Source: a virus
Taxonomy: Duplodnaviria > Caudoviricetes
DNA length: 34,430 bases
Virus record (IMG/VR): IMGVR_UViG_3300037760_000121
Span: 1-34,430 of that record
Reading direction: 5' to 3' (one strand)
In this document: positions 1-9,442 of the stretch, piece by piece
How positions within the stretch are numbered: the first letter of the stretch is position 1
How the letters are laid out: the number at the start of each line of letters is the position of its first letter
The notes under the pieces: model-generated
What the model saw: only the letters and a program-made list of their open reading frames with translations
The model's database searches: none
What the model was told of the DNA's origin: nothing
Position numbers and translations under genes: made by a program

Positions 1-169
1 AACCAATTTAATTGACCCTACTCCAGAAAAATCACTTGCCGCGGCAAAAGGCGTTAAAATAAAGTCGGCGAACCCTCCAAACAAATCAAACTGTATAGTC
101 TGTGACAACTGAGTAGGTGTAAATGTAATTGAAATTAACGCGTCTAAGTATTGTCCTGTGCGCATGTAC
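1..169. repeat. Terminal direct repeat, left copy
   Basis: Matches 34262-34430. The first 126 bp are identical; mismatches are at 127 (A/G), 160 (G/A) and 164 (A/G). Confidence 0.97.
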
Positions 170-1275
170 GCCGCGCTATCAATTGAATTTATAGACAAAT
201 TGGTTAAAACGCTACTAGCTCCATGGAATAAATCTGGAGACGATGTTACAACGCATTTTAATGAGCCGTTTGCTGTTGAATCAGTTGCATATATGTATCC
301 TTTTACGCCCGTCTGTATAGAAAATTGCTGCGCAAATCCCGATGAATTCAGCATTATATATTGATTGCCGAGCAATCCTGTGTTGTTAAAATACAGGAAA
401 GGAGTGCCGACATTTGGACTTTTTGGCACGGTTGCGCCATCTGCGACATTAAAAGCGCACAATATAGCGCTTTCGAACGGAAACGCATTGTCACCGTCAA
501 ATTGTATAAAAGCTGGTTGATTGGCTGTAGTGTATACAATTCCATTACCTTCAGTTTGTAAATTAACGTAATCTTTAGTTAGTCCCATGTTTCTTAAAGA
601 TATATTGCTATCACTTGTATCAGATAAATTGTTTGACGCAAGCATGTCGCCGCCGCCTGAAATATCGCTCAAGAACGCGCCTTTTTGCGTAATAGAACCG
701 TCAAAAAATAGCGGTCTATTTTCATCTGAGCTAAAACCTTGCTCAGCTTTTTCTTTCGTAATTGAATCAAATTCAGAAGTAAGCATCAGCGGCGTAACCA
801 AGCCAGCTGTTGTTGATGTGAGTTTGAGAGGCTTTGAAACAGTTAGCGGTATTGTTGCGCTGCCATTTAAGTATGCTTGCGGTAGGTCTAAATCTGTTGA
901 AATAACGCCAGCTACAGATATATTTATATTTGCCCCGTCTTGCAAATCGACAGGGTCGGTTGAGCTATTGACAGAAGTTATAACTTGAGCCGGAATATTG
1001 TCTACTTGTGTTTGCAGTGCGTCAAAATTAGGCATACCGACCAAATTGTCAGTTGCTGCGCCGTCATTTGTCAAATAAAAGTTATTAACGCCCTGTTCTA
1101 TGTTGTCAGTATCATAATTAGAAAACAAATAATTTAATATAAAATTTAATTCTTGCTGCCTTGTTTCTTTTTTACTTACTAAGACGCCTGACGAATCAGA
1201 CATCTCTTTAACATCATCTAATTGCTGATCAATGTCAGCAAGTGCAGGGAGCTGCGGAATAGTAACATCTGCCAT
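1..1275 (-). CDS. Tail fibre / receptor-binding protein, N-terminal 425 aa of a 470-aa ORF that continues at 34261..34124 (missing from the ORF track)
   Basis: Hand-translated from ATG at 1275 (MADVTIPQLPALADIDQQ...), with AAGGA upstream and no stop down to base 1. In frame with track ORF 34124..34369. Contains the fibre-type motif GGGDMLASNNLSD...LRNMGL. Confidence 0.8.
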   Translation of the reverse strand, partial: MADVTIPQLPALADIDQQLDDVKEMSDSSGVLVSKKETRQQELNFILNYLFSNYDTDNIEQGVNNFYLTNDGAATDNLVGMPNFDALQTQVDNIPAQVITSVNSSTDPVDLQDGANINISVAGVISTDLDLPQAYLNGSATIPLTVSKPLKLTSTTAGLVTPLMLTSEFDSITKEKAEQGFSSDENRPLFFDGSITQKGAFLSDISGGGDMLASNNLSDTSDSNISLRNMGLTKDYVNLQTEGNGIVYTTANQPAFIQFDGDNAFPFESAILCAFNVADGATVPKSPNVGTPFLYFNNTGLLGNQYIMLNSSGFAQQFSIQTGVKGYIYATDSTANGSLKCVVTSSPDLFHGASSVLTNLSINSIDSAAYMRTGQYLDALISITFTPTQLSQTIQFDLFGGFADFILTPFAAASDFSGVGSIKLV

Positions 1276-1289
1276 TTTATATCCTTTTT

Positions 1290-1436
1290 TTATGCCACTC
1301 TGGCAACTCTTGAATCTCCGCTATTTGTCACTCGTTGATTGCCGTTATTCGCAATTCTAAACAAAGTGTCAAGCGGAGGGAAATTTTTAACATTGCTTTG
1401 ATCAAACAACATTAACATTAAAATAGCTCTATTCAT
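1290..1436 (-). CDS. Small hypothetical protein, 48 aa (MNRAILMLMLFDQ...DSRVARVA), below the track cutoff
   Basis: ATG at 1436 lies 4 nt after the stop of the upstream gene and TAA is at 1290-1292. It fills the gap in the late operon. Confidence 0.55.
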   Translation of the reverse strand: MNRAILMLMLFDQSNVKNFPPLDTLFRIANNGNQRVTNSGDSRVARVA

Positions 1437-1440
1437 ATAA

Positions 1441-1848
1441 TTAACCTGCTACCTGATAAATCGGCTGCAAGTACAATTGCACGTCAACTGTATTTTCTTG
1501 CGGAGTTGTGCTCAAAATATTAAAATACAGCAATGAATCAGTCCAAAATGGAGGAATAATAAACGAATCATTAGCAATCATAGCGGGCATGACGGCAGTC
1601 GCCCTATCTGTACCATCTCCTAGCACCATGGTAGATGGTGATACAAATAGCTCATCGTTTTGAATCACTATGCGTACGTCAGAAGTAGTCCAATTTGCTG
1701 GAAAAGTAATGCGTCTTAATGCAAACAATCCGCCAACATCGTTATTATTTTGCAAGTTTACGCAATTAAAACCTGCCGACAATGTTTGCCCAGCCAGAAT
1801 TTGCACTGTACTAATTTGCAAAGAATTTTTAAAACTTTTTTGGCTCAC
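1441..1848 (-). CDS. Hypothetical virion/tail-associated protein
   Basis: 135-aa ORF tightly coupled to the upstream fibre gene, with a beta-rich composition. Confidence 0.6.
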   Translation of the reverse strand: MSQKSFKNSLQISTVQILAGQTLSAGFNCVNLQNNNDVGGLFALRRITFPANWTTSDVRIVIQNDELFVSPSTMVLGDGTDRATAVMPAMIANDSFIIPPFWTDSLLYFNILSTTPQENTVDVQLYLQPIYQVAG

Positions 1849-1849
1849 T

Positions 1850-2902
1850 TTATGCTCCTAAATATGTTAGTACAAACTTTGCCCAAGCGCCTGGCGTGGC
1901 GTCATCATGTATCGTTATTTGACCTCCCCCCGACGATGACATAAAAAAATTAAGATGCACAGCATTGCCAGCATTTAACTTCATGATATACGAGCCGGAA
2001 AGTAAGGCATTTCCCATTCCGTTTATGTTGTGTTGTGCCGTTTCACTTAGTCTTGAATGAAAAGCCGATCCTATGAACATCTCTAGCGCTAATGATATTG
2101 TTGAATTATTCGGACCGGAGAAGCTTGCGCCATCTACAAATATGGCTGCGTCAAGTTGATAATGACCTGTTATAGTCGGCGTGATTGAATGACCGCCGGT
2201 ACTTGCCCATCCTAAGCTGTCGGCTACTATGTGATTAAATTGAATAGTATTCACACCAACTCCAGAAGTTACTGCTTGAGATCCGTTCATTCCCATATAT
2301 GTAGTAAAAATTTCTTGAGTAGAAGGGTTAATTAACTGAGCTTCTATGCCGTCATAAATTAATTCATAGATTGAATTAGATATAATCTGATTGGGAACAG
2401 TTAAGCGCAGGCCAGCAGGGGTTTTCACGCGAATCGGTATCACCCCAATTCCTGATATATTAACAGTCGTTGAACCGGTGTTTGTTGCAAGTGCTTTAAA
2501 TCTAATCAGAGATGGATTGTTTAAAAAAGAAACGTAGGGCGTTGTTGGGTTGAGTAGAATAGCATTCGCAGAACCTGATGCTACTGCATACACATAAGTT
2601 AAGTTCCTGTCTGCTGTATATGTTAACACGTTGATAGCTTCTTGCGTCATGTCGCCGACTTCAACGGCTGTTAAATCATCAGTTACGTCTATTGATTGAT
2701 TGTTTGCTATAAATTCGCCCAAGCCTGAAGCTATTGTGCTATTTTGACGACCTAATTTATTGTTTAATTTACTACTTGCTATTGAGCCGGCAGTGTTGCC
2801 CTCTGTACGCTCTGTGTCTGCTGTATACTCAGCCTGCGTTAGCAGGTTTGTGCTGCCTGGTAAGGTCACTTCGCAAAATTTTAAAATCTCATTTATAGCC
2901 AT
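1850..2902 (-). CDS. Tail fibre protein with baseplate-anchoring N-terminus and C1q/TNF-like C-terminal domain
   Basis: Directly follows the baseplate wedge genes. The N-terminus (LLTQAEY...G..AGSIASSKLNNK..RQ) is typical of myovirus fibre anchors. The C-terminal TGHYQLDA...SGSYIMKLNAGNAVHL resembles a C1q-like pattern. Confidence 0.8.
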   Translation of the reverse strand: MAINEILKFCEVTLPGSTNLLTQAEYTADTERTEGNTAGSIASSKLNNKLGRQNSTIASGLGEFIANNQSIDVTDDLTAVEVGDMTQEAINVLTYTADRNLTYVYAVASGSANAILLNPTTPYVSFLNNPSLIRFKALATNTGSTTVNISGIGVIPIRVKTPAGLRLTVPNQIISNSIYELIYDGIEAQLINPSTQEIFTTYMGMNGSQAVTSGVGVNTIQFNHIVADSLGWASTGGHSITPTITGHYQLDAAIFVDGASFSGPNNSTISLALEMFIGSAFHSRLSETAQHNINGMGNALLSGSYIMKLNAGNAVHLNFFMSSSGGGQITIHDDATPGAWAKFVLTYLGA

Positions 2903-2915
2903 TTTTCACTCGCTG

Positions 2916-3488
2916 TTAAACAATGCTGTATATTATGCCGATGCCAGCCGGCTTGATTAAAATATAACCCTCTGTAAGTAATGCCTGCTCAAGCGGCGGC
3001 AACTCTCCAGACGGAATTTGCACAGTAAAAGTCTCATTTTGGTTGTCAATTATTAAAATTGGCGTCGCAGTTGTTATCACTTCAGCGATTATATCATAAG
3101 CGCCTTCAACGTCTCCCAGCCAATTATTTGACAAAATTTTAGATTTAAGCAGTTTTCTATAAAGCTCGTCGCTTAAAATCTCAACTTCATCATCCGGATC
3201 GCCTACCCCCTTCCATATGCCGCTATCCCATCCAGTCTGTACAGTATCATCCCATGTGAAATAAACGCCGGTTATTGGTATGGTAACACGTCTGCTCTGA
3301 CCAATCCATAACCCGACCGCATCTAATTGTACGCCAACTGCTTCGTCAATATCAAAATCAATAATCATGCTTTCAGCAAGCGTTTGCAAATATGCGTAGA
3401 CTTCAACCGACGCTGTTATTGTTTCAGCAAATTTTGGTTTATCTCTATGCTCTTGCGTGATTAAATTTAAATAAAATTCAGTATCCAC
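2916..3488 (-). CDS. Baseplate wedge protein (DUF2612-like)
   Basis: FDIDEAVGVQLDAVGLWIG and LSDELYRKLL motifs; follows the baseplate J-like gene. Confidence 0.85.
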   Translation of the reverse strand: MDTEFYLNLITQEHRDKPKFAETITASVEVYAYLQTLAESMIIDFDIDEAVGVQLDAVGLWIGQSRRVTIPITGVYFTWDDTVQTGWDSGIWKGVGDPDDEVEILSDELYRKLLKSKILSNNWLGDVEGAYDIIAEVITTATPILIIDNQNETFTVQIPSGELPPLEQALLTEGYILIKPAGIGIIYSIV

Positions 3489-3490
3489 TT

Positions 3491-4672
3491 TTACGTCTCA
3501 ATTAAATCAATGTCAGCAGGAGTGCATATAGCTATTTCGTCAAACGCGATATCTATATTGACAGTATCATATGCGCCAGCACCCTTTTTTATCATAATTG
3601 AGCCATTTTCTATATCAAAAGTTTGCGACTCAAAGCTATTGCACAAGCTAGCAGGTGCGTAAATTTTAGATATATAGACTTCATGACCAATATTTAAACT
3701 GTTTATATAATCTGCTACTGCTATTTTTATAGCATCGCCCGTAGTTGACACGTAGCCAAGCAACGCATCTAGTATAATTTGTACTCCAATTGTAACTGGC
3801 ACGACTTCAGAAAAATTAATTGTATTCGGTACGCCGCGACTATCAACACTTATTACCGATGTCGTGCCAAAAGTCGGACTCCCTGCCGGTTTTTTGAAAT
3901 TTATTGCATCAGCTATATCTTGAGCAATGCCTCCCTCCGCAACTATTGCAATAGAATACGGCGGAATCGTATCTGGATCGGTTGTGTCTGTGTCATTTTC
4001 ATACCCTCTGACTTGCAATACTCCAGTCACTTGCGCAACAGCGCCAACGATTCCGTCCATGACCGTTTGATTCGGCAGCATAGTTGAGCGAGATTGCCGT
4101 AATCTTAAATCTGCATTGCTTTCAACCGGTGCGCCCGAGGTTGCAGGAAGCGGATTATTTACACTCTGCCAGCCGTTAGTTGGAGTGGCTATTTTTGTCA
4201 CAGTTCCGGCTTGAGCTGGGATTTCTCCAATTTCGGTTGCTGTTGCAGTTACTGTTATCACGCCAGACAAGGGTATAATTACTGTTGCCGGCAGGTTCCA
4301 TTTTTGTCCCAAAGTGTCTTCAGCTTGCCCGCTTGTGATAACTGTTCCGGCAGAGCCTATTATATCTAGATTCACTTGTGAAAAAGTTGGAATCAGTCGA
4401 CTAATTCCATTAATTTTCACATTGCGTGTCAATGCATCATTTAGCGCAGTTGCAGGAGAAAAGGAATTATAAACAAACTGCGTGACTTGTATTAAGTCAA
4501 AAATAGCTCTTGCACTAATTGCTAACCATTGCCCATCTTGAGTATCATCATCTAGATTAATATCTGCGCCATAAATTGCTTTATACTCGTCTTGATATTC
4601 CTGCAAAACAGTAGGATAGTCAGGAGCATGGAAGCCAAATTCATCAATATAAACCAAATCTATAATAGCCAT
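3491..4672 (-). CDS. Baseplate J-like wedge protein
   Basis: 393 aa with DTQDGQW, G.PVESNADLRLR and YENDT motifs; synteny. Confidence 0.9.
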   Translation of the reverse strand: MAIIDLVYIDEFGFHAPDYPTVLQEYQDEYKAIYGADINLDDDTQDGQWLAISARAIFDLIQVTQFVYNSFSPATALNDALTRNVKINGISRLIPTFSQVNLDIIGSAGTVITSGQAEDTLGQKWNLPATVIIPLSGVITVTATATEIGEIPAQAGTVTKIATPTNGWQSVNNPLPATSGAPVESNADLRLRQSRSTMLPNQTVMDGIVGAVAQVTGVLQVRGYENDTDTTDPDTIPPYSIAIVAEGGIAQDIADAINFKKPAGSPTFGTTSVISVDSRGVPNTINFSEVVPVTIGVQIILDALLGYVSTTGDAIKIAVADYINSLNIGHEVYISKIYAPASLCNSFESQTFDIENGSIMIKKGAGAYDTVNIDIAFDEIAICTPADIDLIET

Positions 4673-5025
4673 TAGACAATTCCTGTGACCGTTGTTGTGC
4701 CAAATTGTGTGTTAATTGTCGCCAATATCGTAACTGCTCGCGTAGTTTCATTTTTTAGCAACTCAAAAGTCACAATCTCTGTGACTCCCGGAGTACCCAA
4801 TATTCTTTCCCGCATCGCAGGGGCGATCGTATCTTGTTTGTTAGTGCCGAGCATTGCTTGACTATACGGCGTCCCAGCCGACGTGTTCAAAAACCACTCA
4901 CCTACCCACAGCCTCAACCTGGTGAGAACTGACTGCGCCACACCATTTATATCATCTACAAAGAAATTGCGCTCACTAGCCCCAAACGTCATATCTGCAT
5001 TATTATCTAGCTTCCTGTGTCTCAT
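4672..5025 (-). CDS. Baseplate wedge / sheath initiator (gp25/Mu gp46-like)
   Basis: VAQSVLTRLRLWVGEWFL..AGTPY and ILGTPGV motifs; lies between the spike and J genes. Confidence 0.8.
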   Translation of the reverse strand: MRHRKLDNNADMTFGASERNFFVDDINGVAQSVLTRLRLWVGEWFLNTSAGTPYSQAMLGTNKQDTIAPAMRERILGTPGVTEIVTFELLKNETTRAVTILATINTQFGTTTVTGIV

Positions 5026-5657
5026 TAAACCACCCCGCCCGTATTTGCTCCGCCAGATGTTACGCCACTGTGCTGATGAGCTGTATAAGATGACCCATTT
5101 ATAGACAATCCGCCCGTAATATTTGTAGCGCCATTTAAGTTTATTGTGGAAGCTGTAATATTTACCTGCCCACTTGGCGTAATCTCAATAACTGTTAAGC
5201 CTGAACTGTTTCTTAATTGTACATTATTTGAGCTAACATTTTCCAATGCCTTTGGCTTGCTAGTTGGTGCAAGTAGCGCAAAACCATCGCTTAAGTCGTG
5301 CATCCTGAACTCTGCTTGCACTTGTATGCCAGAACTTTGCCACCACGCATCTATGCATCTTGATGCAAAAACAACCAAAATCTCGTCACCTGATGAGATA
5401 GGAAAAGTTAACGCAAAGCCGCCGGCACGCGGAAAAACAATGGGCACATGGATTAAAATTGGTAAATTAACGCTTGTAATATTTCCGTCAATGTCAGCAA
5501 CTGACGCTTGGATTGTGGGTTGAGCTGATACAGTTTGCTCACTCAAATTAACATCTACAACAAGAGCAGGCAAGCACGTCCATATGCTCGACTGCCTTCC
5601 GTCAAGTGACTGCCTCAATGATTCCTCGGGGTCATTTAGCCGCTCGTTTCGCTTCAT
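5025..5657 (-). CDS. Baseplate central spike (Gp138/gpV-like)
   Basis: VPIVFPRAGGFALTFPI..GDE, RMHDLSDG and the C-terminal HxH apex motif (AHQHSGV..GG.NTGG). Confidence 0.9.
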   Translation of the reverse strand: MKRNERLNDPEESLRQSLDGRQSSIWTCLPALVVDVNLSEQTVSAQPTIQASVADIDGNITSVNLPILIHVPIVFPRAGGFALTFPISSGDEILVVFASRCIDAWWQSSGIQVQAEFRMHDLSDGFALLAPTSKPKALENVSSNNVQLRNSSGLTVIEITPSGQVNITASTINLNGATNITGGLSINGSSYTAHQHSGVTSGGANTGGVV

Positions 5658-6580
5658 TATTGCGCATTAACCTCTTTATCTTTTGCAGCTGTGGGATTTG
5701 CTGCTAAACATGTGATGTTAGTATACCAGTCGCTGCCGAACGTGTCGCCAATATATTCGGCGACAATCACCCGATACTGTCCGTCGGCAGCTAATTGTGG
5801 GGATGAATTTATTTGATTCTGTTGCTCATTAATTGATAATTGAGTGTCTGCAATATCTTCTTGCGCTATTTTAACAACTCCCCCAACTTTTATCAATGGA
5901 TTGAGCAATGTTTGCGCTTGTACTCCATCATTTGTAAGTTCAGGCGTTCCGATTAATCCTGTTTTGCTTGTTAGTGTAATTATCGTGCCTGACAAGACCG
6001 CGGTGCGCGGAATTATTTGCAGCTGTGTATTTTGAATACTCCACGTCGCTTCAGCTGACTCAACTGCCTGTTTTATATAGTCGCGAGACATGCCAAACAT
6101 TACTTTGCCTCTGGGCAACGCATCAGCATCCTGTATTTTTAAAACTCCATAGCTGACTCCATTTTGCAGCATAGGAGCGAATGCCGCATCTATTTGATCG
6201 CGTTGCGTTGCACCTGCTGCTAATGTTTTAGATACAACAGAAAAATTATAAGCCTTATCTCCATCTCCTGCTGCTATATCAACATATGTGTCTGTATTAT
6301 TTTCTCGACCATATTTTACTTGCTTAATATTGCCGGTAAAAATTAAACCAAAATTACTCTCATATCCTGCGTTCAGGATGATGCTTGTAAATTCATCCCT
6401 TATTTTATTTGCTGTTGTTTTTGATAAATTGTACACCCTTATTACTGCGCTGTTCGGAGTTTGCGCACTAGACTTTGTTATCTGAAAAACTATACGCAAA
6501 TTTGATAAATCAAGGCCATCTCCTGCTGCGTCTGCGACTATTAAACTTGATTGTCTTAAATATTGAGACGTGACAGACAT
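5657..6580 (-). CDS. Baseplate hub protein
   Basis: PNSA.IRVYNLS, LNAGY, IFTGNI and TGLIGTP motifs; upstream of the spike gene. Confidence 0.8.
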   Translation of the reverse strand: MSVTSQYLRQSSLIVADAAGDGLDLSNLRIVFQITKSSAQTPNSAVIRVYNLSKTTANKIRDEFTSIILNAGYESNFGLIFTGNIKQVKYGRENNTDTYVDIAAGDGDKAYNFSVVSKTLAAGATQRDQIDAAFAPMLQNGVSYGVLKIQDADALPRGKVMFGMSRDYIKQAVESAEATWSIQNTQLQIIPRTAVLSGTIITLTSKTGLIGTPELTNDGVQAQTLLNPLIKVGGVVKIAQEDIADTQLSINEQQNQINSSPQLAADGQYRVIVAEYIGDTFGSDWYTNITCLAANPTAAKDKEVNAQ

Positions 6581-6897
6581 TAAACATCCTCTGTAATATA
6601 GTACAAATTAGAGTCAGCTCCCAAGTTGTCAAAAGTTGGCTCGTCTGTGACGCCCCCTTTTGTGAAAACAATAAGCTGCCCAGGTATTTGCAAATATGCG
6701 AACTGCTCAAGCAAGTCAGCTCCAGTCACGAGCGGCATTGACTCTATTAGGACATCTTGCGTATTACCGTCCAACAATGCCATCATCCAAGATTTCATTG
6801 CATCGTTCCATGTTATTTTCATCTTGAAGGGCAGATTGGACAAATTGATGTCGAAAGTTTGAGGAATATTTACCAGCGGAATTCTAAAGCCAGCCAC
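6580..6897 (-). CDS. Baseplate/plug protein
   Basis: PLVTGADLLEQF.YL...G motif; synteny. Confidence 0.7.
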   Translation of the reverse strand: MAGFRIPLVNIPQTFDINLSNLPFKMKITWNDAMKSWMMALLDGNTQDVLIESMPLVTGADLLEQFAYLQIPGQLIVFTKGGVTDEPTFDNLGADSNLYYITEDV

Positions 6898-6898
6898 T

Positions 6899-7432
6899 CT
6901 AACCTCCTACCAATGTGTTTAATATTGAACTTTCAGTCGGCTTATCAACCACCTGCGCTGATTTTTGGCCAGCATCTTGTGTTGCTTGCGTAACAGCGGG
7001 ACTAGCCTGCTGACTCGGCTTACTAACCGAAACAGTTTCTAAGTCTACAATAAATATTTCTTGCAGCCTTAGCCTTAAGCTTAAAATATTTTCAGTTTGT
7101 GCGTCATTAATTTCAGTTAATGACTTTATGAGCATGTTGTTGTATGTGCGCTTGCCCGTTACAACAGTAAACGGCTCCCTGCTCGCTTGCAACGCTAAAA
7201 AATTAGCATAAGTTTCAGCGAGCGGCGCTTGTAACTCTGTAAAAATTACTTGCATTGAAACAGTTGCAGGCTTTACAAAAGCATGGTCAGTTATAGACGC
7301 ACCTTGCTCAATTGGATGTTCTGTAATTTCTAAATCATCATTGCAGATTTCTTCAATCGTAACTTTAGCTTGAAAAGTATCAATTGAGCGCTGCGGCACA
7401 AAAAATGCACTGACTAAATCGAAAACACTCAC
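6899..7432 (-). CDS. Tail tube initiator / Dit-like protein
   Basis: ITEHPIEQGASITDHA..KP and VVTGKRTYNNMLI motifs; follows the tape measure gene. Confidence 0.8.
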   Translation of the reverse strand: MSVFDLVSAFFVPQRSIDTFQAKVTIEEICNDDLEITEHPIEQGASITDHAFVKPATVSMQVIFTELQAPLAETYANFLALQASREPFTVVTGKRTYNNMLIKSLTEINDAQTENILSLRLRLQEIFIVDLETVSVSKPSQQASPAVTQATQDAGQKSAQVVDKPTESSILNTLVGG

Positions 7433-8844
7433 CGAACCACCCCGCTCATATTGCGCACCATGTCTGCATTTACTCTTGTCTGCTCTCGTGCAACAGCTCG
7501 CCCAGTCGCATCCGGCGAACCGCCCCCGCTCACGATTATTTTAGTTTCCTGATTGATGTGCTGATTTCCTGAACTGAGTGTGTTGGCAGTAGCAGGGGAG
7601 GGAGATAAAGGAGCGTCGCTATTTAATTGTATGCCGCCCATCCTTCCATGAGTTTTGAAGAATTCTTGCACACCTTGTTTTTTTCTTGCAAATCTAGCGA
7701 GCCATGCATCAATTGGATGTAAAACTGTGCCAAATAATTCACTCCCAAAATCTTTAACAGTTTGCGTTATAGTTTTGAAAATGCGATCAAAAGCCTCGCC
7801 CCAATCAATCAAAGAATCTCCACCCTCTTTCCAGACTAGAAAATCATCAATCAACAACCCAACCGCAGCGATTAAAGATAAAATCATGCCTAAGGGGGAT
7901 GCCAAAAAACTTAAATTCAAAATTTTCCAGGCTGCTGCTACTGCAAGAATTGTTGTTGACCATCCGCCCGTTGCGTCATTTAGTTTTTTAAACCAGCCAA
8001 TAATTATGTTAGATAATTGAGCGATGCGCGCAACGACAAGCACAAAAGCTTTTGCAATTTTTAAAATAAAATCAATTATAGGAGAAATTGATTCAATGAT
8101 TTTGGGCGCATTAACAATCATTAGTTTTCTAAAATCGTCAATAGCTGATTTAATTTGCGGCATTAGCTTAATCGCTATAGCGTCTTTTAGCGATGTAAAA
8201 ACGAACTTCATCCGCGCCAAAGAATCCATGAAATTCTCTGAACTTTTTGCCGCTTTATTTGCGTCTATGCCAGTCGCTTTATAAATCTGTGTAAATTCAT
8301 TTCTTAGCTGTGATACATCTGTAGTCAATGTTGCAACAAGAGTTGGGTCAATTCCCAAACGCTCTAAAACAGCGACTTGCTTTTGTTGTGACATATCACG
8401 GATTTTGTCACCAACTTCAACCATTAGCTCAGTTGTTGTTTTTAGGTCTCCGTTTGACCTTTTTGTTGTTAATCCGAGTTCTTTGAACGCAGTTGCTCCG
8501 CGTCCAATTCCTAAAGCGGCCTCGCCAACTGTGCGATTAAATCTATCTAAAGAACTTGCGACAGCTTCAGTACTTGAGCCGCTTAAACTTGCAACAAAGC
8601 CTAATTCTTTGATGCTTTGTGCAGTTGCGTTTACTCGCTCACCTAAATGTCCCAGCTTGTCAAAACTATCAGCGGTACCTTCAACAAATTTTGTAACAAG
8701 CCCAGCCGCAGCGGTCGCAGCAGCGCCCAAGCCAGACGCAATCACCGTGGCTTTTTTTATGCCAGATGTGAATTTTTTTAACGATCCCTCGTCAACTTTA
8801 AACCCGATTCCGACAAGAAATTCTTTAATAGTTTCTGTTGCCAT
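7429..8844 (-). CDS. Tape measure protein (short, 471 aa)
   Basis: IKEFLVGIGFKVD N-terminus, helical Ala/Lys-rich body, hydrophobic segment, IDDFLVWKEGGDSLIDW; located after the chaperone genes. Confidence 0.85.
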   Translation of the reverse strand: MATETIKEFLVGIGFKVDEGSLKKFTSGIKKATVIASGLGAAATAAAGLVTKFVEGTADSFDKLGHLGERVNATAQSIKELGFVASLSGSSTEAVASSLDRFNRTVGEAALGIGRGATAFKELGLTTKRSNGDLKTTTELMVEVGDKIRDMSQQKQVAVLERLGIDPTLVATLTTDVSQLRNEFTQIYKATGIDANKAAKSSENFMDSLARMKFVFTSLKDAIAIKLMPQIKSAIDDFRKLMIVNAPKIIESISPIIDFILKIAKAFVLVVARIAQLSNIIIGWFKKLNDATGGWSTTILAVAAAWKILNLSFLASPLGMILSLIAAVGLLIDDFLVWKEGGDSLIDWGEAFDRIFKTITQTVKDFGSELFGTVLHPIDAWLARFARKKQGVQEFFKTHGRMGGIQLNSDAPLSPSPATANTLSSGNQHINQETKIIVSGGGSPDATGRAVAREQTRVNADMVRNMSGVVR

Positions 8845-9083
8845 TATTTTGCCTTGTTTGCAGCCTGCTGATATCTTCGCTCATTTTCATCTTGAACATC
8901 TAAGACATTATTTAACAGCATAATATCATGCAATTTTAAAGTGCCGTCTTTCAAGCTTTCATATTTGCACAATCCTCGCACAACTGGTCTTAATAGCCAA
9001 TCCTCACCGTCGGGAAACTCTAAAAAATCAATTAATTTTTCTTTTGAATTTCGGCTAAATCTGACGTGAGGAACGCAAAACAA
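8844..9083 (-). CDS. Tail assembly chaperone C-terminal part (gpT-like; likely reached by frameshift or a downstream start)
   Basis: DWLLRPV..GLCKYESLKDGTL.L.DI..LN..LD motif. Overlaps the upstream chaperone in the -1 frame. Confidence 0.7.
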   Translation of the reverse strand: MFCVPHVRFSRNSKEKLIDFLEFPDGEDWLLRPVVRGLCKYESLKDGTLKLHDIMLLNNVLDVQDENERRYQQAANKAK

Positions 9084-9442
9084 TCTTTAAAATTGTGCAT
9101 AAAAGACTTATAAGCTAATTGCATCATCTCTAGTATATTAATATTGCTGTATATTAATTGCTTGCCATTTGATGCGCAAATTTTAGACCACGCTACACCG
9201 CCAGATTCTTTTATTGAGACAACATCTAACAAGCCGTACAAGCAGTAATCAGCTATGTCGTCCGACAAGCTTGCAATTACAGACGCGAAACCTGTGATTA
9301 TATCAACCTCACTTGCGTTTTCTTTTTTCGTTGACTCTAAAATAGGTTCAAGCATTGGCGACAATTTGCGCAAAAGGTGGAACTGCTTGTGCGTAGATAT
9401 GTCGTCAATTCTAAAAATCTTGTCGTTAAGAATAATTTCCAC
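9032..9442 (-). CDS. Tail assembly chaperone (gpG-like)
   Basis: Lies between the tube and tape measure genes; QFHLLRKLSP motif. Confidence 0.75.
   Translation of the reverse strand: MEIILNDKIFRIDDISTHKQFHLLRKLSPMLEPILESTKKENASEVDIITGFASVIASLSDDIADYCLYGLLDVVSIKESGGVAWSKICASNGKQLIYSNINILEMMQLAYKSFMHNFKDCFAFLTSDLAEIQKKN

Noticed and set aside
1-169. Repeat with mismatches in a fibre C-terminus as a diversity-generating retroelement TR/VR pair
   Set aside because: No reverse transcriptase in the genome. The differences are T/C on the coding strand rather than adenine-specific, and the two copies are simply the contig ends.
5025-5100. HxH motif in the spike as evidence linking the phage to iron regulation
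   Set aside because: The HxH apex is a general structural feature of gpV/Gp138 spikes and gives no independent support for the Fur hypothesis.
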